In this document: piece by piece, positions 24,557 to 37,024 of the stretch
Layout: each line of letters begins with the position of its first letter
Numbering within the stretch: position 1 is the stretch's first letter
Assembly (NCBI GenBank): GCA_965153355.1
Contig: OZ231126.1
Span: 4,898,001-4,962,000, forward strand
Direction of reading: 5' to 3'
DNA: 64,000 nt
Source of the DNA: Flaccisagitta enflata
Lineage: Eukaryota
Program-made: the position numbers and the translations under genes
The notes under the pieces: model-generated
Databases searched by the model: none
Seen by the model: only the letters and a program-made list of their open reading frames with translations
Told to the model about the DNA's origin: nothing

Positions 24557-26964
24557 CAGTGTCTTCAATTACGGTTGACTTATTCTAAATAAGCGCTGTG
24601 TCTCTCATACTCATCCCTCTGACTTTTTCTTTTTTTCCTCCTTTAGTATATTGTTTGACTTTTTTTGCATCAAAATTTCAAGGGTCCAAGTCAAATAGTT
24701 TGTCCGTAGCATTAATTTGAAGTACCTTATGTATACATGGATAAGACTGAAAAAATCGATTTTTCTCTGAAACTTTTTTCCTCTTGTAACTTATCTTTTT
24801 AACGGTTTGAACTACAGATGCAAGATTAGTACAAGATTGTGTGATGAAGTTTCAGGGAAGGAAATGAAAAACAGTTTTTATCACCATTATTTAGTAATCA
24901 TGTGAGAAATTATTTGTTTGATGAGGTCTTTGTCAAGTTGATTTCCAGGTCAAAACCTTATTCATGCACGACAATCAGAATTGCAGAACAAGGCATAACA
25001 ATGTCACCCCCAGTCTTAATTAGGTAATCAGAAGCAGTGATGCAAAGGTTATCTTAGGAATTGGGCAGGAATAGTGATTCAAAATCCTCTCATTGATGAC
25101 AAGTCTCCATTGGGGAATTTTGAACCAGTGGACAGATGGATGGAAAGAGACAGATGGATAGGAAGACAGAGAGCAAATGGACTGACTTACTGACTGAAAC
25201 TGATCAAGGTAATTGCAAAAAACTACATCAAATCATTTTTAACTTGAGACCTATCTCGCATCTGTAACACAATCCATTTTGAAATGAGAGAAATTAGAAA
25301 AAAAAGGCATTGATAAACAATCAACTTTTTTCAGTCAAAACCATTAATACATGAAATACTTCAAATTAGTGCTACAGACAAACTAGTCGTCTTAGACCCT
25401 TGAAATTTTGATACAAAAAAACGTCAAACAATATACTGAAGGAGGAAAAAAAGAAGAATACAGAGTGATGACCATGAGAGGCTTGACGGTATGTTTTCCC
25501 CCTCATGTGCTCAAAACCCCTGTACCCGATCGTTTTTGATTATTTTTATAATATTACTACCTAGAACTAAAGAGATTTGGGATTTTTGATCCATTTTAGG
25601 GACCGCGAGTTCCATTTATTTATCACCACTCCAAGGTGGTTGTGGTGAAAATGTTGAAATTTGGTCACTTTGGGCTCAAAATTGGGCCACTTTGGTTTGG
25701 AAATTTGACCCAAAATCTGTGAGATTATGAAACTAGAGCTCAAGAGCTAACCAGTGGTGCAATCCGCATGTTGCCATCATTTTTTGTTAAGATTTGAGAG
25801 CTTTTCAAAGATGGAAGGGTATGAGGGTTATTTTACCAATTGAATTTGGTGGTCAATTTTGACATTTTTTACATTTTTTGTTATATCTCCACTTTGGATA
25901 GACAAATCTGGATGAAATTGGTGACCAAATTGAAGAGTTTTTGATGCTCTAACTGAATCTGGTAAAATTTTTGATCAATATGACCCTCAAAATTTTTGGG
26001 AGACTCTAGAAGCAGGTGCTAAAAAGTGATTTTTTTCACCATTTTGGCTACTTTGGTCAAAAATTTGGGCACTTCCAAGATAGAAAATGACAAAAAATCA
26101 GTGGGCAAATTAAACTACTGTTCAAGATCTAACAAATGGTGCAATCGGCATGTCGATATGTTGAAGCATATAGATTTGGCAGAGCTTTTAGGCTCATAAT
26201 GACCAAAAAATGTCATTTTATCAAACCCACTGATCTTTGAAGCTTTGCCAAATCTATATGCTTTAACCTATTGACATGCCGATTGCACCATTGGTTAGAT
26301 CTTGAACAGTAGTTTAATTTGCCCACTGATTTTTTGTCATTTTCTATCTCAGAAGTGCCCAAATTTTTGACCAAAGTAGCCAAAATGGCGAAAAAATCAC
26401 TTTAGCACCTGCTTGTAGAGTCTCCCAAAAACAGGTCATATCAATCCAAATTTTACCAGATTCAGTTAGAGCATCAAAACTCTTCAATTTGGTCACCAAT
26501 TTCATCCAGATTTGTCCATCCAAAGTGAAATATATCAAAAATTGTAAAAAAGGTCAAAATTGACCACCAAATTCATTGGTAAAATAACCCTCATACCCTT
26601 CCATCTTTGAAAAGCTCTCAAATCTTAACAAAAATGATAGCAACATGCAGATTGCACCACTGGTTAGCTCTGGTTTCATAATCTCACAGATTCATCAAAC
26701 CAAAGTGGCCCGATTTCGAGCCCAAAGTGACCAAATTTCAACACTTACACCACAACCACCTTGGAGTGGTGATAAATAAATGGAACTCGCGGTCCCTAAA
26801 ATGGATCAAAAATCCCAAATCTCTCTAGTTCTAGGTAGTAATATTATAAAAATAATCAAAAAAGATCGGGTACATGGGTTTTGAGCACATGAGGGGGAAA
26901 ACATACCGTCAAATGAGAGGCACACCATCTATTTAGAATAAGTCAACCGTAATTGAAGACCCTG
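24557..26964. mobile_element. Non-autonomous Tc1/mariner-type element with ~130-bp TIRs
   Basis: TA|cagtgtcttcaattacggttgac ... gtcaaccgtaattgaagaccctg|TA; the right TIR is split by the foldback insertion. Confidence 0.85.
25483..26912. mobile_element. Foldback (near-complete palindrome, ~700-bp arms), MULE-like
   Basis: ttgacggtatgttttccccctc ... gagggggaaaacataccgtcaa, centre at ~26190-26240; 9-bp TSD atgagaggc (25474) / atgagaggg (26913). Confidence 0.9.
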
Positions 26965-26967
26965 TAC

Positions 26968-27315
26968 GAAACATTGAGATGATTATGTAACATTGAGATG
27001 AGTATGTAACATTAAGATGAGTATGTAACAGTGAGATGATTATGTAACATTGAGATGAGTATGTAACATTAAGATGAGCATGTAACATTGAGATGAGTAT
27101 GTAACATTAACATGAGCATGTAACATTGAGATGAGTATGTAACATTGAGATGAGAGTGACAAGTGGAACAATATCTCTCACTTAACCCAAACTGAAATAA
27201 ATGGAAGAGGGCCTTGTGAACCCTCACTGACTAGTTAATACGCGCACCACTTATGTAACAGTGAGATGAGTATGTAACATTGAGATGATTATGTAACATC
27301 GAGATGAGTATGTAA
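26968..27315. repeat. 19-bp minisatellite (tgtaacattgagatgagta) in two blocks
   Basis: Read directly at ~26970-27152 and ~27252-27315. Confidence 0.9.
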
Positions 27316-27363
27316 AAGGGAGATGATCTAAGCCATACAGCAGTACAAAAAAAGACGACAAAC

Positions 27364-27492
27364 CTGATATCCTCCCACAGCAAATGTGATGGCAAATACT
27401 CCAGTAATATAAGAAAAGCTTTTATTGCCTCTTTTAAACCAGTTGGAAATTGTTGTGCAGAAAGACTTGGCTCGCATTCCACTGAAAAGTTC
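27364..27492 (-). CDS. SID-1/SIDT-family gene exon (TM2 region)
   Basis: ttcttcag|ELFSGMRAKSFCTTISNWFKRGNKSFSYITGVFAITFAVGGYQ|gtttgt; phase 0/0. Confidence 0.85.
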
Positions 27493-27698
27493 CTGAAGAA
27501 TGGCAAGGAAATAGGAATATATGCCTTGACACTGAAAATAGAAACAGACATTTATGGCTTAAAGTAGGAACTTCATCAAAATCTTTACCAATAATGATAA
27601 GAGACAATTGTGTCAGATATGACTGGTTTCAATTGTTAAGATTTGAAAATAGAGTGACCAATTGTCAGAAATAATCAACTGAATATGAAAACCCTAAC

Positions 27699-27879
27699 CT
27701 TGAGTGGAGGCAAATCTGAGACGAGAGCGTAGTAAAGAAATACAACTCCAACGCCGATGAAAAAGGCCAAAAGACCCATAAACCAAATTTGCCCGTTTGG
27801 ATAATTGTACTTGGACTCTACGTCAAACGTCACATTCTTTTGGCTGGTCAATGATCTATCCATTAATATGTGGACAAAC
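27699..27879 (-). CDS. SID-1/SIDT-family gene exon (end of ectodomain plus TM1)
   Basis: ttttccag|..FVHILMDRSLTSQKNVTFDVESKYNYPNGQIWFMGLLAFFIGVGVVFLYYALVSDLPPLK|gttagg; phase 2/0. Confidence 0.85.
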
Positions 27880-28343
27880 CTGGAAAAAAATGAGAAGAAA
27901 AAAGAATGAATTCTATCTGCAAATGAAACGTATACGTGTATGTAGACTGTGAGATGGATAATGTGGTTATTTTGTCAAGCCCTCAATATTCAACAGGCAC
28001 ATTTGACCATCATAACATCATCATTTGAACATCATAACAAAATGGCTTTTAATCTTCTTCTTCTTTTTTTTTTTTTTTTTTTTCTTTTTTTCATCTACTG
28101 TCCATTCTAATTTTTAGTCGCGTGTACGCGACTCTACACCCCGCTTTTTCCGTCCGTCCATCCATCGGTCTGTCGGTCGGTCAGTTTGTCACACTTTTAC
28201 TTCTTTTATCAATTAATCCCTTTAAGTCATTTTAGGTTATCTAAGAGTATACAAAGTTATCCTTAGTCATTTTAAGTCATTCTAAATGCAATTCTCGCAC
28301 GCGACATGCAGGTGTTGGCCTTGTTATGAGCAATGCTGCTTAC

Positions 28344-28496
28344 CAAGTTCCATCTCCTATGGCGGGTTTTGAGTTCTTGGAAATGGTGATTCTGCCAAAT
28401 TTGTCGAATTTGAGATGCATCGTTTTTGCCTCTTCTTCTGCAGTAATTTCCACGTTTTCCAATGATGAAGGATCAATTGTAGAACCGCAATCACGA
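28344..28496 (-). CDS. SID-1/SIDT-family gene exon (ectodomain)
   Basis: cacag|..RDCGSTIDP...HLKFDKFGRITISKNSKPAIGDGTW|gtaagc; phase 2/2, compatible with both neighbours. Confidence 0.8.
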
Positions 28497-28829
28497 CTGT
28501 GATATCATAACCATAAAAAAGAAACGTTATTGTATGGTACGAAAATGTATTGCCATCGTGGCATTACAATAAGCAATGTCAATATATTTAGAACTCACAA
28601 CAATGAATTGCGGTAGGCTGAAACCCCTGGCTATGGATGAAAGGAACAAGATTTCCTATTGAAAGGACAGTTCAAGTATTTTTTGGGAAAAAGAAAGGGT
28701 GAGTGATATCAATATAGTGGCGGAAAGAAGTTGCACAAATGTTCAAATGAGAGTCCTCTTAAAATTCATGTTAAAGTTTTGCAAACAGTAGCAAATGAAT
28801 GTGGTCAGAACCTAGGGGTAGTACATCAG

Positions 28830-29127
28830 ATTGAACAAGGCCCAATAGGCCAAAGATGCGTCCAGTCTTGGTTTATATGATCTTTCTTTATACGGTCTTG
28901 GTTTGTATGGTCTTTCTTTATATGGTCTTACATTATACGGTATTACTTTACATGGTATGATGATGACGATGATGATGAGGTTGATGAATCTCTTGATGAC
29001 GACGACGATAATGACGAGGATGATGATAACGATTATGATGATGACGATGGTGATGATGATAGTGATGATAATGATGATGATGACAATGGCGATGATAATG
29101 ACGATGACAATGACAATGACGATTACA

Positions 29128-29225
<98 letters not shown>

Positions 29226-29256
29226 AATGACGATGACAATGACGATGACGATTACA

Positions 29257-29324
<68 letters not shown>

Positions 29325-29545
29325 AATGACGATGACAATGACAATGACGATTACAATGATGATGATGAAGATGATGATAAAGATGATGATGGTGATGATG
29401 ATTATGTCAACGATGATGATTACGGTGATGATGATGATGATGACGATATCGATATTGTGACGAATTTTGCAATATGGACCGACTGACCAACCAACCAACG
29501 GACCTACAAGGCCAGTTATAGAGATGCGAGGACGCATCTAGAAAT
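28830..29545. mobile_element. DINE/Helentron-like non-autonomous element containing an (ATG)n array
   Basis: ~500-bp degenerate (ATG)n, then (ACCA)n, then the terminal hairpin tatagagatgcgaggacgcatcta. The same terminus occurs at ~1731, ~43645 and ~49099. Confidence 0.7.
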
Positions 29546-29614
29546 GAAAAAAACAAATCCTTCAATTTCTTGACATCTGATGAATAGATGAACGTTTCCC
29601 CCACGTGAACTAAC

Positions 29615-29757
29615 CTAACAACAAGCAGTCCCAACCCATCCTGCTTTGAGGTGACGGTGAATTGAAGAATCCTTTCAACACCAAACTGGACGTCAACTTC
29701 TAAAACGCGCAGTGATTCCCACTTTGGAGATTCTTTGATGTTTGTAACCACATTTCC
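29615..29757 (-). CDS. SID-1/SIDT-family gene exon (ectodomain)
   Basis: atatcag|GNVVTNIKESPKWESLRVLEVDVQFGVERILQFTVTSKQDGLGLLVV(S)|gttagt; phase 0/2. Confidence 0.75.
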
Positions 29758-30214
29758 CTGATATCATGTAAATGAGGAAATGGTATTCGAATGAGGCCTG
29801 CAAGGAATTTCCACTTGGATTATTCTTTGATGTTATTAACCTCATTTCCCTGATATGATGTTTATGACAATTTGGTTTTAATATAAAACAATCAAAGGTT
29901 TTCAACTTTGGCGATTCTTTCTTTTCTGTGACCACTTCTTCCCACTTAAATTGGATGAAGGATTGAAGTTTAGGATTAGAAAAAAAATGAAAGCTTCATT
30001 TGCATGAAGCTGTTCTCAGACAAGCAAATGTTAGTTTGAATAGTATTTCTCTTCAATTAATAACTTGCTAGTTAGTAACGCAAAGTGAACGAGATGAAAT
30101 GGACACCAGACAGCTGAGATCTAATAGTTCTGGATGAGTGGCAAAATTCAGTTCCTTTTTAGGTCAGTGTGACTGTGAGTGGCAAAATTCAGTCAGTATG
30201 ACTATGAGTGGGCC

Positions 30215-31050
30215 TACCACAAATAGTCGCAAAAGCGTTAGATGGTCAGCGGTACCCGTTGCCCCCATGTGAGTATGTGGATGTGTGAGGGTGAGAGGGG
30301 CAGCGGCCCCGAAGGGGCCGATGACCTATGCTCAGTAAGTTTGAAAGTTCTTGACTGGAATTTGAGTTTCAATGCTGGGATGAGCCTTGAGGCTTGGATT
30401 TGAGCCTTGAGGTTTTGATTTGAGTCTTGAGGCTGTTATTTGAGCCTGTAGGCTGTTATTTGAGCCTCATGACTGATTTGTTTCTTGTGGCTGGGATCTG
30501 AGCCTTGAGGCTGGGGTGTGAGCCTTGAATTTGTGATTCAAGCCTGTAATGTGAGCCTCAAGGCTGGAATTTGAGCTTCAAGACTGGGATTTGAGCCTTA
30601 AGACTGAGATTTGGTCCTAAAGATTGAAAATTTGAGCCTGGAGGCTGGAATTTTAGCCTGGAGGCTGGGATTTGAGCCTTGAGACTGGGATTTGAGCCTT
30701 GAGACTGGGATTTGAGCCTTGAGACTGGGATTTGAGCCTCGAGACTGGGATTTGGGCTTTGAGGCTGGGATTTTAGTCTTGAGGTTGGGATTTGAGCCTC
30801 AAGGCTGGGATTTGAGCCTCAAGGCTGGGATTTGAGCCTCAAGACTGGAATTTGAGCCTTGACGCTGAGATTTGAGTTTCGAGGCCGGAATTTGGGCCTT
30901 GAAGTAAGAATTTGGACCTTGAGACTAGGATTTGGGCCTCACAACTGGGATATGAGCTTCGAAGGGGGTGGACGGACGGAGAAGGAGGAGGAGAAATTTC
31001 TCCTGTGTGAAAGCACAGGTCATCGGCCCCTTCGGGGCCGCTGCCCAAAA
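30215..31050. mobile_element. Inverted-repeat element carrying a 20-bp minisatellite
   Basis: gggcagcggccccgaaggggccgatgacctatgc ... gcacaggtcatcggccccttcggggccgctgccc around ~28 units of ctgggatttgagccttgaga/g. Confidence 0.8.
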
Positions 31051-31067
31051 ATGGATTATCCATCTAC

Positions 31068-31118
31068 CTTGATAAAGCTCATAAATACTTCCCACCATGG
31101 CTCTGCATCTACTTCTCC
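31068..31118 (-). CDS. Possible 51-nt exon of the SID-1-like gene
   Basis: ctcag|GEVDAEPWWEVFMSFIK|gtagat; phase 0/0, so it can be skipped and is not required for frame. Confidence 0.4.
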
Positions 31119-31253
31119 CTGAGTATGTGGAGATGAAGGATTGATATCAGAACTAGGTTCAATCGGCGAACATCGAGGAGGAACAGAAGAACCGGCAGAC
31201 AGACAAGGCATGGACGAACAAGCAACAAATACATGAACAAACAGGTAGATATC

Positions 31254-31541
31254 GGGTGTTTCTAGTGACCACCAAAACCGCGTTTCTTCTCGTTAAACGC
31301 GTTCACAGAGTGAACACATATTCAAGAATTTCAACTGTCCAAATAAGGAGTAAACCAAGTGAGTGAGCGAGCCCATGAACGGAGCGAACGAGCGAAGCAA
31401 GCATAGCAAAGTGGAACGCTGCGAAGCGAGCATAGCAAAGTGGAACGCTGCGAAGCGAGTGAGCAAAGTTAGTGCTGCGAGCGAACGAACGTAGCGAGCG
31501 GCCTGTTCAAAACGCGATTGTCTGTAACTAGAAACGTCCCC
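31254..31541. mobile_element. MITE with internal gagcga/gcgaac repeats
   Basis: Imperfect TIR gggtgtttctagtgac / gtaactagaaacgtccc; related fragments at ~9385-9515 and ~37605-37870. Confidence 0.65.
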
Positions 31542-31555
31542 TTAGTTTAACTCAC

Positions 31556-31713
31556 ATGCGCGGAGGAATTTGAAGTTTCAGGTTGAGTTGAAGCGGAAGG
31601 ATGATAAGTCAACATCCGTGACACTTTTTGGCCGGTAAAATGAAGCGGAGTGTGACGTGATATCGTCCAGCTAGAAGTTGAGTCAGCTCCCAACACAATC
31701 ACTCGCAATATAC
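31556..31713 (-). CDS. SID-1/SIDT-family gene exon (ectodomain)
   Basis: ttccccactaag|(G)ILRVIVLGADSTSSWTISRHTPLHFTGQKVSRMLTYHPS...SAH|gtgagt; phase 1/0. The acceptor is AAG and less certain. Confidence 0.65.
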
Positions 31714-33506
31714 CTTAGTGGGGAAGAGGACGGAGGGGGGGGGGAAATTGGAGACATGGTGGGAGAAAGGGGATGGTGGGGGGAGGTAGGATGGGGTAAA
31801 ATGGGGAATGTGGGGGAGGTGGATGAAGGTGGGATAAGAGGGGACATGTTACAAATGGGACAAATGGTTGCAAAACAAGGACATGAAATAAATTTGGTGT
31901 GAATGGGAATGGAAAAGCCAAGTGCAATGAGAAGCGTTACTTAATAATTTTTGTTAAAATCTAAATTCTAAACACCAATGGAGTATGTTTTAAAGAAAAT
32001 GTGAATGTGATGGATATGGAAGTGGAAATGAAACTAGCCTGAGGTTCAAAGCACCGAGGAATTGTTGGATTAAATCAAATCAGCGCTATTGAGACAAAGT
32101 GCAGATTCATTGTAATACATCGCTGGATACACCAAAGCCGATCAAAAATTTAAGCAGATTTACTGGATCCCAAGGCTATTCAACAATTTATGGTGTTAAC
32201 TGTTTTGATTGAGCCATTGATTTGAACATATTTCGAAAGCTATGTATGACATATGACGCGCAGGCCGTACATCGAGAAGCAAATCGCTGTTAACCCCATT
32301 ACAAAGGGTAAATCTTTATTAGGTTTAGTCCTGATTTAGTTCGGGTTTTTTTCTATAGGAGGTTTATTGTGTTGCTTGGGCCCAAATGAATACTGCCTCA
32401 AATCAGTATTCTTTAAAGATTATTTGAAGATCCCTTGGCTCTTATTTCCTGCGGATAAATTTGGCTTTCCTTTTGGCAGCGGCCCCAAAGGGCCGATGTC
32501 CTGTAGGACACAGGGGGGAGTTTCTTTATATCTGTCTGTATGTCCAAAGCTGGCCAATTCAGGACTTAAATCAAGCCTAAGAGGCAGGTCCAAAATTGGC
32601 TCTCCCAGATCCAAAATCAGCCTTCTCAGGCCCAAAATCAGCCCTTTCCAGCCCAAAATCAGCCCTCTCAGATTATGAATCAACCCTCTCACACTTGTAA
32701 TAAGCCCTCTCTGGCCTGGGATAAGACGTATGAGGCCTCAAATTTACCGTCTCAAGCCTAAAATCTGAGCCATCAGGACAAATGGACATGAGGAAATTAA
32801 CCCCTGTGTCCTATGGGACATCGGTCCTTTTGGGCTGCTGCCCTGCTCTCACTCCACTTTTTCAGCTGATCAATCCAAGCAGGGCATCGGGTACCGCTGA
32901 CCATGTGCGATCCTTGGATGTCTTGTTTCTTATGATTAATTTGGGAAAGTTGATCCATTTTTGGAGCTGAATGAGACTGCTCATGAAGTTTACATGGTAA
33001 GTATATTAGACAATGCTCTTTCAGATAGCGTCAAGCAGAATTCAGCACAATAGATATTTACGGCTTTTTTCCTGCGGCTAGAGCTTTCTTTATTTGTAAT
33101 AATAGGAGGCAGTGGATGCAAATTTGATTTAAGCCAATCCCGACATTTATCCAACAATCAGCCAGAAAATAGAAAAATTAAAGGATGATGTGAAAATTCT
33201 TATGAAAACTTAATAATATTCCGGAATGTAGATTTGGTCATGAATTTGCTTATATCATGACCAGAAACAGAAATAATGACAGGAATTTTCAATGACAAAG
33301 AAATGAAAATGAATCCCACTCTAGCGCATCTCTTTTAATGAATCGTTATCATGCCAGAACCCGAGAAAAAAGGGGAGAGCTTGTAAATAGAGAGGGACAT
33401 ATGAATTCAAAATGGAAAAGGCTGGTTAACATAGAATGTTGGCATTAGGTAGGTGGTCATGTGGCCAGGAAAGTTAAGGGTGGTTGATTGGTTATCAAGA
33501 GGTAAA

Positions 33507-33772
33507 CAGTCTATGGACATTTTGGTATTTGTAGATATGTCAGCAGCATATATTTCAACCTGTTGAAATTTCTCATTCTGGCATATTTCAACGGATTGAA
33601 ATCTTTCATTCTACTGATATAAATCTTGTGGAATGAGAGATTTCAACGTGTTGAAATGTGCCAAAATGAGAGATTTCAACCCATTGAAATATGCCAGAAT
33701 GAGAGATTTCAACGGGTTGAAATATACTAAACTGCTGACATATCTACAAATATCGAAATGTCCATAGACTGT
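33507..33772. mobile_element. Palindromic MITE
   Basis: cagtctatggacatttt.gtatttgtagatatgtcagcag / ctgctgacatatctacaaatatcgaaatgtccatagactg, with internal atttcaac..gttgaaat palindromes. Confidence 0.85.
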
Positions 33773-34189
33773 AAATTCTGTGGAACAAAAACGTTAGCCT
33801 GAGATTGGAATGAAAAGGCCAAAAAGGTTTGATAATAAGGTGGTTATTTAGAGATGAACAGGCATTCGGGCGGGTCCATGGTTCGATGGTCCGAGGTTAT
33901 GTTTGGGTGTAAACAGGTAGTTGATGGGGGTAGAAGTCCGAGTGGGAGATATTTTTTGAGTTATTGGCTGTTCTACATGATTGATCACTTGCCAAAAATC
34001 AGCGATTTTCGCACCTTGGAGGTCAATGTTGTGCTTTCTCACTGTAGAACAAAAGGCAAAGCAATTCTGTGACATTTTAACCAAATATGATCAACACCAA
34101 TGCACGTGCGTCAGTACGTTTGTCCATTTGTTCTTGCTCATGTTCATTTCTATCTTTGTGTCTATGATTTTTTTGTGTGCATGTATATG

Positions 34190-34585
34190 CAGGCCTGATT
34201 TTAGTAAATTTTTTGACAGAGCCAGTCGGGCTCGCTTCCCCCATTTTTACAGAGCCCAACGGGATAACCATGAGCCCGGTCAAAACTTTTTGGCCTTTTC
34301 TCAGAATATGTCAGCCTACATTTGTGATAATATTTGCTGATTAGATGATGCAATGATATGATAATCACTAATTGTATTATCATTTATCAAATATGTGAAA
34401 TGCTCAAAAAATGACTCAAAACGTGAAGATTTTTTCAAACATTTTACTCCATCAACTTTAGAGTTCCAAATCCGTCCCATTGAGAGAGAGCCTGTCGGGC
34501 TCAGAGCTCGCAAAATATGAGAGCCCGAGACCGAGAGCAGAACATAGAGCATTGGGCTCGCGGGCTCGCTCTAAAATCAGGCCTG
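34190..34585. mobile_element. hAT-type MITE
   Basis: TIR caggcctgattttag / ctaaaatcaggcctg; perfect 8-bp TSD tgtatatg. Confidence 0.9.
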
Positions 34586-34941
34586 TGTATATGGCAGAGA
34601 AATACAACTTAAACATTAAGTGAATACTACTAATATAAAACGTTTGACAAGTTAAAGTGCAGCAACTGAACGGTGCCATCTAATTTGCTACTTCCCCGCC
34701 CCTCCCCCTCACGCTTGCTAAAACAAATGTCCTTCCCTGAGTTCAAATAGTGATATATACTCATAAAAGTCCTCAAATACTTTGATAATGATTTCAAAGA
34801 TTTGTTAAGTCTCAGTCAGCCTTTCCATGAACCATACTGTATATTCATGATTTTATAATTTAGTCCAGGTAACCATCATCATGACCTCATGAGCCTCATC
34901 ATATATTCATGATTTCATGATTTTGTCTAAGTCAGCTTTAC

Positions 34942-35101
34942 CATGAGTCATATCCTTAGTGTCATTGGAACAGATTTGATGTCTTTTTGAGGAGAGTTGA
35001 GGACTACAAGACATAACGTAAGTCTTGAATGTGTGATGATCCATCTCCGCGATCGCTGACACGTGGTTGTCCTCGTTCTCCACATCGCACTTATTTTCAA
35101 C
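34942..35101 (-). CDS. SID-1/SIDT-family gene, coding exon 2
   Basis: aaacag|VENKCDVENEDNHVSAIAEMDHHTFKTYVMSCSPQLSSKRHQICSNDTKDMTH(G)|gtaaag; phase 0/1. Confidence 0.7.
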
Positions 35102-35837
35102 CTGTTTTACATATTGAAAAAAAAAAAATCGAGTTATCAATGTTTTACGGTCGTATGTCCATTGCCTTATGTACTTAAGTTGTTATACTTGTAATTATTA
35201 TACTTGTGTTTTTAAGCCTTATGTACTTAAGTTGTTATACTTTTAGTTGTTATACTTGCAGTTGTTATAATTATAGTTGAAACACAGGCAGTTGAAACAC
35301 AAACACACACAGTCATACAGGAGACGTAAACCAAAAAACACTAAGAAAATGTAGAAACGTGCCATAAGCCCTAAACATAAGCATATGTTTCTCTCTCCGA
35401 CATCTGGACACATTTTCACAATCACCCCCCCCCCCCCCGTTTTCTCCCTTCGAAAAGACCAAAGCTTCTTCCTCCAGATCATCATTGTTGATTCTGAGAC
35501 TGAAATCTAAGAAAATTTCACCAGAAATTAAAAAAAAAACAAGAAGTAAAAGTTGTCGCAAAAAATCGACATTCAAATCGGAAAGTTACGATCGAATATC
35601 AACAAAGCATTTGACGAAGTACGTCGGGTCAATCAAGCTCAAGACTAAACATTTAATCTTATCCATGTGGTTTTTTTCATTCCATTTATTCATTTACACA
35701 TTCATTCATTCATTCACACATTCATTCATTTACACATTCATTCATTTCTTCATTTGTCTATATAACTCGGGTGGACAGCAGACAGGAAGAGTGGCGTGAT
35801 GGACCGCTCACAAAGACCTGAAAACACTAGAAGAGTC

Positions 35838-36132
35838 GTCAGACGGACAAGCTGACAGATGAACGGACCAATCAATCGACTGACGGACAAGCTGACAGAT
35901 GGACGGACCGATAAACAGACCGACGGACAAGCCGACAGATGGACGGACCGACCATTCGACTGACGGACAAGCTGACAGATGGACGGACCGACCATTCGAC
36001 TGACGGACAAGCTGACAGATGGACGGACCGATAAACAGAGCGACGGACAAGTTGACAGATGGACGGACCGTTAAACAGACCGACGGACAGGTTGACAGAT
36101 GGACGGACCGTTAAACAGACCGACGGACAAAG
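35838..36132. repeat. 40-bp minisatellite (~7 units)
   Basis: Units of gacggacaagctgacagatggacggaccgataaacagacc. Confidence 0.9.
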
Positions 36133-36784
36133 CCTTTTAAATGGACGCCTGTTAGTTTCTAAAAAAGTTCACCGAGAATATGCAACTTCCGTCATTTGAC
36201 CCTCTTAGAAATGACAGAAATTCATAACAATTCAAATCTCATAATCGATTATCTTAAGTATCCAGTTATTTGTCTATATGAATATAGTTTTATTTCAACA
36301 AGAATATCCCATTTCTACGACCATTGCAATTGTTCTCTCCCAGTACCCAAAGACAAAACACTCAATTTTGATATTCCACGCCCTTGGCCCTTGTCCTCGG
36401 ATCGCTGAGGTATCAATTTGCATAGTCCATAAATCCACTTTTAATATGATGAGGCCGTTCAAACATTAACCTCGATTGCATAATGCATAATGCAATCTGC
36501 ATAATGGAAAGGGGCAGTAAAACTAGTAAAGCAAAGCTCATACAGTCTAAGCTCCGTTATGTAAGAATTGTGCATCTACTTGCAGTACCAATGGCAATGC
36601 AATGTCTGGCTCATATATATGCCTTCGAAGTAACCGGTCAGTGTTAAGCATAGTAAAGAGGATCGAGAGGAGTCTCATAGATGCACGTGGATGCTTTTGC
36701 ACTCCCAATAGCAAAATGAATGGCAATCAAATCACTGCAATGATATAAATCAGTGCAAAGATATTTACATCATACAAAGCTTAC

Positions 36785-37024
36785 CTTGATGGTGATAAGG
36801 TTGACATCTTCAGGCTGTAAATCATGTTTGATAATTTCATGTTCTTTGTCATTCTGATTGATTTTGATTGTTTTATTCACTAGAATTTCTTCTTCGTCAT
36901 CTTCACCTCCTCCTCCTCCTCCTCCTCCTCCACCACCTCCTTCGTTTGCATGTGCAATGCCGCCCAAAAAGACGACTGCTAGAACTATTAGTATTGTCAA
37001 TTGGGCACCATGAACTCGAGACAT
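36785..37024 (-). CDS. SID-1/SIDT-family gene, first coding exon (signal peptide)
   Basis: MSRVHGAQLTILIVLAVVFLGGIAHA (signal-like), poly-Gly, acidic stretch, NKT sequon, donor AAG|gtaagc. Linkage to the SID-1 exons is inferred from strand and phase. Confidence 0.75.

Noticed and set aside
28812-29537. Poly-Met/poly-Ile ORFs (also poly-Leu/Val at 38 kb and HSFI repeats at 39 and 44 kb)
   Set aside because: Tri- and tetranucleotide repeats inside non-autonomous elements.
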